Source: Candidatus Marinacidobacterales bacterium
GTDB taxonomy: Bacteria > Acidobacteriota > Vicinamibacteria > Marinacidobacterales > SMYC01
Direction: 5' to 3'
Assembly: GCA_965237955.1 (NCBI GenBank)
Contig: OZ250169.1
Coordinates: forward strand, 4,096,001-4,160,000
Length of the DNA stretch: 64,000 bases
In this document: in pieces, positions 31,584 through 41,141 of the stretch
How the letters are laid out: the number at the start of each line of letters is the position of its first letter
Numbering within the stretch: the first letter of the stretch is position 1
The notes under the pieces: model-generated
What the model was told of the DNA's origin: nothing
The model's database searches: none
Seen by the model: only the letters and a program-made list of their open reading frames with translations
Made by a program: the position numbers and the translations under genes

Positions 31584-33032
31584 TCAATCCTTCCCCCGCG
31601 GCAACAAAGTCCGCGGGTTCTCCACCACCCCCACCGGGCGGCAGTTCGGGCAGTTGTCCGGACCATCGCCCAGCTCCGCGCGGGCGTCGTCGAGATACCC
31701 CGACAACCGCGCCACCACGTCGGGGTTTCCCGCCGCGACGTCGGTCGTCTCCCCGATGTCCGCTTCCAGATCGTAGAGCACCCCCGTCTTTCGCGTCGAG
31801 CTTCCATTGCCCCGAGCGGACGGCCCGCAACTCGTAGCCCGCGTAATAGTAGAACGCCTCGTGCGGCGACCGCGCGCCTTCCTCCCCGAGCAACAGCGCC
31901 GAGATGTCCTTCCCATCGATGATCCGCTCAGCCGGAGCCTGGCTCCCCGCCAGTCCGGCGAGGGTCGGCATCAGGTCCATCGTCGTGGCCATCTCGTCGA
32001 CGACCGTGCCCGCCGACACGTGGCCCGGCCACCACGCCAGCGTCGGCTCCCGCATGCCGCCCTCCCAGGTGCTGCCCTTGCCGCCGCGCAGCGGCGTGTT
32101 CACGGAGCCTCGGGATGCGCCGTTGTCCGAGGTGAACAGCACCAGCGTGTCGCCGGCCAGCTCCAGCTCCCGCAACGTGTCGAGGATTCGGCCCACGCTC
32201 CAGTCCACCTCCTCGATCTGGGCCCGCGTGCGCCGCTCGACCTCGAAGTCCCAGGGCTCCCGGATCACGCTGTCCCAGTCGATCTGCTCACCTTCCTCCA
32301 ACCCCAGAAACTCCCTCCGAGCGCCCCGCGGATGGTGGATGAACGCATGCGGTAGATACACGAAGAACGGCCCGTCCTTGTTGCGGCGAATGAAATCCAC
32401 CGCCGCGTCGGTGAACTGCTGGCAAAGCAGCCCCTGGTCCTCCATGTCCGCTATCCGGCCCACCACCTCGCCGTCGCGCATCAGCGGGAGTGGCGGGAAG
32501 TTCCGATGCCGCCATCGCTGAATCGCGGATGGTGCGGCCACATGTCGTTCGAGTACGGAATGCCGTAGTACTCATCGAACTCCTGAGCGGTCGGCAGGAA
32601 CTCGGGTTGATCCCCGAGGTGCCACTTCCCGAAGGCCCCCGTCGCGTAGCCCGCCTCCCGCAATACCTCCGCGATGGTCACCTCCGACGGATGCAGCCCC
32701 CACCGGTCCCCCGGAAACAGTGTGGCCTTCTGCGATCCCCGCGCCAGTCCCACCCGCCTCGGATAGGAGCCGGTCATCAGCGCCGCCCGCGATGGCGTAC
32801 ACAACGGAGCCGCCACGTAGAACGACGTCAGCTTCATCCCCTCGGCCGCCATCCGGTCCAGGTGCGGCGTTCGATTCACCGCCGAGCCGAACGGTCCGAT
32901 ATCCCCATAGCCCATGTCGTCGATGAAGATCACCACGAAGTTGGGCGGCCGCTCCGGCGCCGGCGCCACCCCGCAAGCGCCCATCACTCCAACCACCAGC
33001 AGCAGTCCCCCCAGCATCTTTCTGAATCGCAC
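31584..33032 (-). pseudogene. Arylsulfatase A-like sulfatase with two frameshifts
   Basis: PNFVVIFIDDMGYGD, CTPSRAALMTG, GKWHLG, FTSDNG, GGKGSTWEGGMR. Confidence 0.85.
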
Positions 33033-33284
33033 GATCCTGACTCCACTGTTGTTCGTGATGCTCACGTGACCTCCAGCCAGCACCACCCTATCGCCCATGT
33101 CCCCCTTCCACAACCTGGGCCGCATCGCTCTGCACACCGCCTGCCGTCGCCCGACCACCCTCGGTGTTCTCAGCCTACCGGCGGTCGAGCGGCTTCCTGA
33201 GGCAAGAAGCTATATCGCGACTTCGGCGATAGCGATTGAGCGCCGTATTTCGCCACGATCACGATCGCCGCGATCATGACGGTG

Positions 33285-33590
33285 CGCTGGCCGACGGTGA
33301 CCAATGGTTTGGAGGACAAACTTCATCTCAGCGGTCGGTCAAGGAAGCAGTGTCTACTTGACCAACCTCACCGGTCATCCGGCGATCAGCATGCCCAGTG
33401 GCTTTTTTCAGGGCTCACCCACGAACCTGATGTTTACGGGCAAGCTCTTTGGTGAGCCGGAAATCCTGCTGCTGGCACATGCGTTCCAGGCGCAGACCGA
33501 TCACCACTTGAAGCATCCCAAGCTCTAGGACGGGGAATAAATCTCCGTGTCTCGGTTGAAGGCGGCCCAGGCGAACCAGAACGCAGAATA
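33285..33590 (+). repeat. Internally deleted duplicate of the amidase 3' region plus DUF3179 tail
   Basis: 33321-33590 matches 31095-31364 (270 bp); 33285-33321 matches about 30299-30335 with one mismatch. Confidence 0.85.
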
Positions 33591-33657
33591 CCGAGAAGCG
33601 GCGCGCGCTGCTGAGTCGGTGGTTCGCGTGGAGGCGGTAACGTGCGGGGTCCGGACG

Positions 33658-34968
33658 TCACCTCGCTCCTTGAGACAAGACAGCTTGCAGGCGTCGAGTG
33701 AGCGCCGTCGTGCGTGCTGAATTCAGGTTGATTGAGGCGATGACAAGGATGTCCTGATCCAAGAGTTTTTCATTCACGAAGACGCCAGGATCCCCCTGCT
33801 TCAATTCACGCGAGATGGCAAATGCTGATCGGCCGAGCCTCTCCGTGTTCAAGGCCAAGTGCAGCAAGGGCGATCTGTTCTTCGATCGCGGGAGGACTAA
33901 ACGCGGCTCAACGGGCAGACCTTGGAGGCCACTGGAGATGGCGTCCAGGTGTCTGCGCCCTTCTTCGGCGGCCGACTCGTACCTGCCGTCTTCGAAGAGC
34001 CTCAGCGCGGTTAACAAGCCAATGACCTCTTCTTTGCCGACCTTGAAGCCGCGACCGATGCCATGCCTGGGTATGCCGGAAAGCTTCGCCTTCGGGATCA
34101 GATCCTCGGGCGGATCCCAGATATCGAAATGCTCGTCCAAGTCCAGGTGCTGAAGCGCGACAGAGGCGATGTATTCCCGACGACCGCACAGGATCCCGCT
34201 CGATTGCGGTCCCCTGAGCCCCTTTCCGCCACTGGCCGCCACGAGGTCCGCCCCGGTCTGTATGAGCTGGCGCAGGTCGGGCGGCAGCTCACCCGCGGCG
34301 TCAACCAGCACGGGCACCTGGTGCCTGCGGGCGACCTCGACGACCTGCGCCAAAGGAGGCCGGTTGTCCTCAGTGGTCAGGTACGCGATTGCCGCCGTCT
34401 TGTCGGTGATGGCAGCTTCGTACTCCCAGGCCTCGGTGCGCCGGACCCCGGCCTCTGACAGGCGCTCGTTCATCCCCACCTCGACCAGTTTCGCGCCGGC
34501 CAGTCGGATCGCATGGTCGTAACCACTGCGGTGCTCCCGAGAAATGATCACTTCGTTTTTCATCCCGGTCGTGTCCGGCAGCCGTTCCATCTTCGCCAGA
34601 TCGAGCCCCGCCAGGATCGCTGCCGTGGCGAGAGTTAGACCGGCCGAAGCGCCCGATGTCACGTAACAGGCTTCGGCGCCGGTCGCCTTCGCGAGGTGTC
34701 GACTGGCCGCCGCCTGAAGCTCCATGAGCGAGACGGCATCGAGCGCTGCGTCAGCCATCGCCTGGACGACCTCCGGTGGCATCGTGGCTCCGCCGACCCG
34801 CGTGGAGCTTCCAGCCACGTTGATGATGGTTCTCACGCCGAACTTTGTGTAAATACTCGCTGGGTCGTTGCCGAGCTCAGGCGTCCCACCGGGCGTGTGA
34901 CCCTGACCCAACAAAACGCCACTCATCAGCAGGTACCGAACGCCAACGCCGATCCTTGAACCCGTCAT
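33658..34968 (-). CDS. SelA-like PLP-dependent enzyme (DgaE/D-glucosaminate-6-phosphate ammonia-lyase-like)
   Basis: GVRTIINVAG, LVDAAGE, SGGKGLRGPQSSG, GIGRGFKVGKEE. Confidence 0.82.
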   Translation of the reverse strand: MTGSRIGVGVRYLLMSGVLLGQGHTPGGTPELGNDPASIYTKFGVRTIINVAGSSTRVGGATMPPEVVQAMADAALDAVSLMELQAAASRHLAKATGAEACYVTSGASAGLTLATAAILAGLDLAKMERLPDTTGMKNEVIISREHRSGYDHAIRLAGAKLVEVGMNERLSEAGVRRTEAWEYEAAITDKTAAIAYLTTEDNRPPLAQVVEVARRHQVPVLVDAAGELPPDLRQLIQTGADLVAASGGKGLRGPQSSGILCGRREYIASVALQHLDLDEHFDIWDPPEDLIPKAKLSGIPRHGIGRGFKVGKEEVIGLLTALRLFEDGRYESAAEEGRRHLDAISSGLQGLPVEPRLVLPRSKNRSPLLHLALNTERLGRSAFAISRELKQGDPGVFVNEKLLDQDILVIASINLNSARTTALTRRLQAVLSQGAR

Positions 34969-35289
34969 GTACGCCTCCTTGCGTGAGTAGTTGATCGACT
35001 CCTCATCGTCAGGCTACCCAACTAGCATGCGCCCGTCCTTGGGCACTCCCAGTCCAATCTGCGGGTCTCGTCGAATTCTGCTTCTCTGCACACGAGCGCG
35101 TGTAACGGGGCTGGGAGCTACCTAGCGTAATGTGGAACGGAAAGCTGTTGGTCAACCTGTAGGGGATTGTATCGGCCCCCGAGCAGAGGTTCAATCGGGA
35201 TCCGGAGTAGGCTCGAACGACCTGGATCGGAAGCCTGGCCCGGGTGCTTCGGCGAAACGGCGTGCCGAGAATCTCGGTCAGGGAAACTG

Positions 35290-38200
35290 CTATGTCAAGG
35301 GCAGTGAAAACGGCTCGAACTCTTCGAACCGAGGAAGGCCGGTAGCTTCGACAGCCTCTTGGTAGGCCCGCATGTCTTCTTCGAAGAAGCGATTGATCTC
35401 GGTCAGCACTTCTCGGAGCTTGGTTTCAGAACGGCGTAGATAGATTCGCTGGGCTTCGGTGGGCGCTTCCCAGCTGGATTGAATCGATCGATACACCGAG
35501 CCGAGGCGCACACTGAAGAGAACCGGATCCGGCCGGTTCCCCTGGACCTCGGGCGCAGTGATCCGTCCGATCAGCTCCTCGATGGAATCCTTGATCGTCT
35601 TCTCTCGCCCACGGATGTCCTGTGCCGCGGGATCCTCTTGGCCCTGGATGCGCTTCGAAATCCTCTCGACCGCTTCTCGAGCACCGCGAAGATGTTCCAC
35701 CGCTTTGGCCGCAACGTCGAGCTCCCGACCGACTCTCAGGATCATCTCTTCTTTGGCTCGCCTATCGGCCGCCGGAATGTTCTGACGTGGATCGGGCAGC
35801 ACCTCGACCGGCTTCGTGTCTTGTTGATCACCGTAACGGACGCGCAAGGTGTAGGTACCCGGCAGCACCAGGGGACCGGCTCGTTCCTCGGCGTCGGGAC
35901 CCGGTGGATCGGCTGAGGGGCTGCGGAATGCTTTTCGTCTGAGTCCCCAAGACGTCCGATTGACGCCGGGCTCGGCCGGCCCCTTTTGCGTTCGAATCAC
36001 CTCTCCGTCCTGATTGAGGACTTCCAGGATAACTTCGTCTTTGGCTTCCGATTCCTCGGTCTCCGGAGGATTGACCACGTAGGTGATCAGAGCCCCGTAG
36101 GGCCGGTTCTCACCTTGAAACTCAGCATGGCCCGGTCCGCGCAGTCCCTTGGTCTCCTTGACGACATATTGGATAGCATCGGGCACCTCGAACAGATGTA
36201 GCCGCTGGTCGAGGATGTCGGCGCCGCTCCGGGCCAGCGCTCGGAGTGGACGAATGTCGTCCAGCACGTAAATCGCGCGGCCGTGGGTTGCCACCACGAG
36301 GTCGTGATCCCTCGGGTGAACGATCATGTCCTTCGCCGAGGCGGTGGGAAACCCGTGCGTCCACTTGGTCCAGTGTGCTCCGCCATCAATACTCACGTAC
36401 AGACCGAACTCCGTTCCGAGAAACAGGAGATTTCGCTCGACCGGATCCTGTTCGATGACGAGAGCGTAGCCCCAGAGCTCATCCGTGGCCAGACTCCGCC
36501 AAGTTCGACCGAAATCGGACGTCTGGTAAACGTAGGGCGCCCAGTCGCTTCTACGGTGGTTGTCGAATACGAGGAACGCTTCCCCGCTCTCGAACGTCGA
36601 CGCCTCGATGTGAGGAATCCAGGTATTGCGAGGCACACCCTGGATGTTGTCGGTCACGTTGGTCCAGGTTTGGCCACCGTCCCTGGTAAGCTGAACGTTC
36701 CCGTCATCCGTGCCCACCCAAATGACGCCGCGCTCCACGGGTGACGGAGCAATGGTCAAGATGGTGGTGTGGTTTTCGGCGCTGGAAGCGTCGATGGTGA
36801 GCCCTCCGCTGTCCAACTGCATCTGTTTTTCCGGGTCGTTCGTCGTGAGGTCGGGACTGATGACCTCCCAACTCTCACCCCGGTCGGTGCTACGGTGGAC
36901 GAACTGGCTCCCGTAGTAGACCGTCTTCGCCTCAAAAGGGTCGGCGGCGATCGCCGCGTTCCAGTTGAAGCGTAAATGTACGTCCTCGGCGTGCGCCGGC
37001 CGGATGCTTTTCCGTTCGCCGGTTACCAGATCATAGCGAACCAAGTTGCCACCCTGTGACATGGCGTATCCATATCGCGGGTCACTCGCGTCGGGCAGCA
37101 CCTCGAACCCGTCCCCCGTATTCAACCGGTCCCAGTAGTAGTTGAAGATCCCTCTGAGCGACCACGACTGGCTCGGGCCGCGCCAGCAGCCGCTGTCCTG
37201 CACGCCGCCGTAGATGTTGTAGGGCGTCTCCATATCCACGTTGACGTGATAAAACTGGGCCAGAGGAAGGTTCTGGACGAACCGCCACCGCTCTCCCCCA
37301 TCGCGGGTTATCGCCAATCCGCCGTCGTTTCCCGAGATCATGAACAAGGGATTCTCGGGGTGAATCCACAGATCCTGATAGTCACCGTGAATCGTCGCGG
37401 TGGGAACGACGCTCCGGAAGGACTTCCCTGCATCCTCGCTCATCATGAGCTGACCCTGCAGCGTGTAGATGCGGTTCTCGTTCTGCGGATCCACTCGGAT
37501 GTCGGCATAATAAAAGGGGCGCGGATGGACGTCGTCCGAATCATTGATCAGGCTCCATTCGTATCCACCATCGTCCGAGCGATAAAGGGCGTTCTTCTCC
37601 GCCTCAACTAAGGCGTAGACGACTTGCGGACGACTACGGGAGATGGCCAGTCCGTTACGCCCCAGGTTCCCTTTGGGCAAACCGTCTTCATGGGTCCGTT
37701 CCGTCCAGGTTTTGCCGCCATCGACCGTCAGGTGAATACCGGAGCCCGGTCCCCCCGACTTGAAAAACCATGGCCAGCGACGGTATTCCCACATGGCGGC
37801 GATTAGCTTTTGGGGATTGGTCGGATCCATGACCAGATCCACCGCCCCCGTCTTCTCGTCAACATAGAGGACCTTGTCCCACGTCTGACCACCGTCGCTG
37901 GTCTTGAAGACGCCTCGCTCAGGATTCTCATCCCAGGTTTTTCCCATGGCCGCCACATAGGCGGTGTCCGGGTGGTGCGGATCGATCCGGATACGGGCGA
38001 TGCGCTCGGTTTTCTCCAGACCGAGGTGAGCCCACGTTCTTCCACCATCGGTGCTCTTGTAGACGCCGTTTCCCACCGAGACGGTATTGCGCGGGTTCCC
38101 CTCTCCCGTCCCCACCCAGACGACATCCGAATTGCCGGGATCGACGGCAATGGCGCCGATCGAATGGACCGGCTGATCGTCGAAAACCGGCTGCCAGGTG

Positions 38201-38493
38201 ATGCCTCCGTTGATGGATTTCCAAACCCCGCCGCTGGCCCCTCCCACGTAGAGCAGGTCCGAGTTGCTGGCCACGCCCACGATAGCGCCGATGCGACCAC
38301 TCATGCTCGCCGGGCCAATGGAGCGTGCCTTCATCCCGGCAAGCTTCGCGCCCTTCAGTTGGGCCAGGGCGGGTGTTGCACCGATGATCAACATGAACGC
38401 AAGCGAGATTGGCCACCGCCGCGCGGTGAGGGGTTGTTTGTAATGAGCTGAAGGGAAGTGCTTTCGTTTTAGATGAACCGATCGATCCGTCAC
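35290..38493 (-). CDS. Sortilin/VPS10-like BNR-repeat protein, intact
   Basis: 1067 aa; RSIGPASMSGRI; many S.DGG.TW repeats. Confidence 0.88.
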   Translation of the reverse strand: MTDRSVHLKRKHFPSAHYKQPLTARRWPISLAFMLIIGATPALAQLKGAKLAGMKARSIGPASMSGRIGAIVGVASNSDLLYVGGASGGVWKSINGGITWQPVFDDQPVHSIGAIAVDPGNSDVVWVGTGEGNPRNTVSVGNGVYKSTDGGRTWAHLGLEKTERIARIRIDPHHPDTAYVAAMGKTWDENPERGVFKTSDGGQTWDKVLYVDEKTGAVDLVMDPTNPQKLIAAMWEYRRWPWFFKSGGPGSGIHLTVDGGKTWTERTHEDGLPKGNLGRNGLAISRSRPQVVYALVEAEKNALYRSDDGGYEWSLINDSDDVHPRPFYYADIRVDPQNENRIYTLQGQLMMSEDAGKSFRSVVPTATIHGDYQDLWIHPENPLFMISGNDGGLAITRDGGERWRFVQNLPLAQFYHVNVDMETPYNIYGGVQDSGCWRGPSQSWSLRGIFNYYWDRLNTGDGFEVLPDASDPRYGYAMSQGGNLVRYDLVTGERKSIRPAHAEDVHLRFNWNAAIAADPFEAKTVYYGSQFVHRSTDRGESWEVISPDLTTNDPEKQMQLDSGGLTIDASSAENHTTILTIAPSPVERGVIWVGTDDGNVQLTRDGGQTWTNVTDNIQGVPRNTWIPHIEASTFESGEAFLVFDNHRRSDWAPYVYQTSDFGRTWRSLATDELWGYALVIEQDPVERNLLFLGTEFGLYVSIDGGAHWTKWTHGFPTASAKDMIVHPRDHDLVVATHGRAIYVLDDIRPLRALARSGADILDQRLHLFEVPDAIQYVVKETKGLRGPGHAEFQGENRPYGALITYVVNPPETEESEAKDEVILEVLNQDGEVIRTQKGPAEPGVNRTSWGLRRKAFRSPSADPPGPDAEERAGPLVLPGTYTLRVRYGDQQDTKPVEVLPDPRQNIPAADRRAKEEMILRVGRELDVAAKAVEHLRGAREAVERISKRIQGQEDPAAQDIRGREKTIKDSIEELIGRITAPEVQGNRPDPVLFSVRLGSVYRSIQSSWEAPTEAQRIYLRRSETKLREVLTEINRFFEEDMRAYQEAVEATGLPRFEEFEPFSLPLT

Positions 38494-38508
38494 GATATTT
38501 CCTCCGAT

Positions 38509-38930
38509 CTACTGCGAAGGCCTGCGTGCACGACCGGCGCTCAGCACCGCGAGTACTCTCTGCGGTAGCGATAGGTCGACCGCGAGTTCGGGCACGTGAG
38601 CGATGTCAACGCGCTGAATGGAGGTCTCGTCCCCTCTGAACACGGCCTTCAACCCAACGGCTGAACGCCGCGGTCCCAGGTTGGCCTTTCGGTTATACAG
38701 ACCGACAGTCACCTCCGACCCGTCTGGTGCTCCCTTGTCCTGCTTGATGAACCAGGTGGAGCGAGCGCCGTTGTGCCAGAACCTCGATCCGAATGGTTTT
38801 CGATCGCCACCGTCCGACTTCGTCCCGTGCGCGATGTGAAGAGAGCCGATGACCCCAAGCTGGCGCAGAGCGCGGAAGTACCGACCCGCAACCTCAGCAG
38901 CCTCGGGAGGCCCGTCGCAAGCAAACGCAA
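38509..38930 (-). pseudogene. Phage/plasmid RepA-like AAA helicase C-terminal fragment
   Basis: AFACDGPPE, LHIAHGTK, KPFGSRFWHNGARSTW. Confidence 0.45.
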
Positions 38931-39027
38931 CTAGAAGCGCGAGCCGTCCCGGCACTCCCGAGCGTCGCGGGCAGCAGCACGCTGTTGCGAAAAAACTCAC
39001 GGCGAGTCGTCATGATGGCATGTGCCC

Positions 39028-40014
39028 CTAGATTGTTGCCGAGTGCTCGCGCACGTACTCGGCTTCGTAGTCATCGTCCGCCGGGCTGTAGTGAAAGAAC
39101 TCCGCGTACTCCAACCCGTACTGCATCCCTTGCAGCCGATCCCGACGGAGCGCGATGTGCTTCGTGTACTCGCGATTCGCGGTGTCGTCGTCGTCGCCGA
39201 GGATCGGCAACCGCCGTCCGCGCTCCGCAAGCTCCCGCCGGAGCCTCGCCCCGTTGTTGCCCGAAGGACCCTGAGTCACGTTGGCGAGATTGCAGTGGAC
39301 TTTGGCATCCATAAAGTCCGTCGTGTCGACGACGCGGTTCACGAGCTGGGGCCCGCGGGCATGGTAGTACTTGTCCTGCGGGCCGTGCGCGGTGAGCCCG
39401 GCCTTGAAATGTTCCGGATAGTCCCACTCGGAACCTGACATCCAGCACGCCGTCAAGATCGCCTTGGCGGTAACCGAGTGATCCGGATTCTTTTCGTAGA
39501 GTGTGGACGGGTCGAAGCAGATGACCGTGTCGACTTTCATCAGCCGAAAGATGAAGATCAGGCGCGCGCGCATCTCGAGAACCGACCAGCCGTCCATGTT
39601 GTGGTTGGGGTAATTGAGGAAGAAGACCTGATCGAGGCCCAGACGTTTCGCCACTTCGACGGTGTCGTTCTCGTTTTTCAGCGTGATGTCGCCGATCGAC
39701 CGGCCAACCCCTGCCATCGAGTCGTCGGTCAAGTTGATCAAGATACCGCGATAACCTTCGTCGATCAGCTTCAACACGGTGCCACCGGCGAAGATCGGGA
39801 TATCATCACAGTGAGCCTGGATGGCGGCGAGCATCTTACCCGCGTGGGGCTTTCCTGAGCGCTTGCGCTCGATGGTCACCTCGACGTCGTACGACACTCC
39901 CCTCTCTCCCGACGAGACCGGCTGGCGTGGGATCGGTTGTTCTTCCTGGGCCGCGCTTCCGCCGAGCAGCGGCCCACCAGCCATCGAGGTCCCTAGAAAC
40001 TCCCGTCGATTCAT
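39028..40014 (-). CDS. PIG-L/LmbE family deacetylase with Tat signal
   Basis: MNRREFLG; AHCDD; NPDH motifs. Confidence 0.82.
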   Translation of the reverse strand: MNRREFLGTSMAGGPLLGGSAAQEEQPIPRQPVSSGERGVSYDVEVTIERKRSGKPHAGKMLAAIQAHCDDIPIFAGGTVLKLIDEGYRGILINLTDDSMAGVGRSIGDITLKNENDTVEVAKRLGLDQVFFLNYPNHNMDGWSVLEMRARLIFIFRLMKVDTVICFDPSTLYEKNPDHSVTAKAILTACWMSGSEWDYPEHFKAGLTAHGPQDKYYHARGPQLVNRVVDTTDFMDAKVHCNLANVTQGPSGNNGARLRRELAERGRRLPILGDDDDTANREYTKHIALRRDRLQGMQYGLEYAEFFHYSPADDDYEAEYVREHSATI

Positions 40015-40025
40015 ACCGCCGCTCC

Positions 40026-40556
40026 TTACGCGCGCCGCCCGAGGATCTCCCGGAACCGGTCGGCGACAATGATTTCTTCACCCGGCTGCAGGTTGTACGG
40101 GAAGATACCGACGCCCTTCCGCGCGGGTCGGTACCTCTCCATGTTGGTGGCGATAATCCCGGGCTCGCCGTCTCGGAGCTCGGTCATGACGTCCTCGAGC
40201 GTCAGCCCGAGTGCGCTCTCGTCCCGCTGCACCGTCAGCCGCGGCGAGTGCGAATAGTCGTCGTTCGTCGCGTACTCGGTGACGACGGTGGGAAGTCCTT
40301 CGAGCCGGTCGCGAGCGCGCTCGAGCATGGCGTGGTGCTCCTCCCGCTCGGCTTTGTGGTCGCGCTCGTTCACGTACACCTCGACGGCCCGGAGAAGACC
40401 GACGATCTCCTCCTCCCCACCTTCGCGATCCGAGCGAAATGGTTGTGCGGAGCGCTGTTCGCATAGGCTGCGTCGATGAGCTCCTTTTTCCCGAGGAGCA
40501 AACCGGCGCACTGGGGTCCCCCGCAGATTCTTGCCGCCGCTGAAAGCCAACACGGT
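40026..40556 (-). pseudogene. Second SelA-like PLP enzyme, C-terminal fragment
   Basis: AFSGGKNLRG(PQCAG), EEIVGLLRAV, LQPGEEIIVA. Confidence 0.65.
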
Positions 40557-40658
40557 GGGTGAGTCTATCAGCCCTCGAATTGTGACGCAACAGCTCCCAA
40601 ACAGGGGTAGTGGGGTCATTCCAAATTTAACGACCCCACTACCGGCAGGCTCTAATCA

Positions 40659-40688
40659 TTGACACCTCCACATCTCAGATCCTATGCT
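40659..40688 (+). promoter_or_regulatory. Sigma70-type promoter preceded by a 12-bp hairpin (40606-40643)
   Basis: TTGACA-N18-TATGCT; GGTAGTGGGGTC/GACCCCACTACC. Confidence 0.45.
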
Positions 40689-40727
40689 TGTCCTTCAAGT
40701 CCGACCTTACAAATCCGGGAGGGAGTC

Positions 40728-41141
40728 GTGGGAACAATCAATTTGGGTCGAGTGTTTCTGGGTGGAGTGGTGGCCGGTGTGATCTACTGTCTCCTTGCGC
40801 TGCCACTGATGTTTTTCGTTGGTGGTGATGTACTAAAAGCTCTCAACGTGGAGAGGATGTCCCCGCGGGTGGTTGCGATGGCGTTAAGCGCAAATATCCT
40901 GGTCGCAATAACGATTTTGTGGGTGTATGCCGCCATACGACCTCGTTTCGGCCCGGGACCCAAGACTGCCGTAATTGCAGTCGTCATCATATGGTGGACC
41001 ATCTTTGTGGTCGATATGTTTTTGATTGCGACTGGCCTTGGGCAGCTTGGCCCGTTCCTCCTGCTATTTCTCTATTCTTTGGTGGCCAGTGTCCTGGCCA
41101 CCCTCGTAGGGGCTCGGCTGTACCAGGAAGAGTCTGGCTAG
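40728..41141 (+). CDS. Hypothetical 4-TM membrane protein
   Basis: GGAG RBS; INLGRVFLGG..., YAAIRPRFGPGPKTA; hydrophobic. Confidence 0.7.
   Translation: MGTINLGRVFLGGVVAGVIYCLLALPLMFFVGGDVLKALNVERMSPRVVAMALSANILVAITILWVYAAIRPRFGPGPKTAVIAVVIIWWTIFVVDMFLIATGLGQLGPFLLLFLYSLVASVLATLVGARLYQEESG

Noticed and set aside
33658-34968. True selenocysteine synthase selA
   Set aside because: No selB, selC or selD nearby; motifs fit the SelA-like/DgaE group
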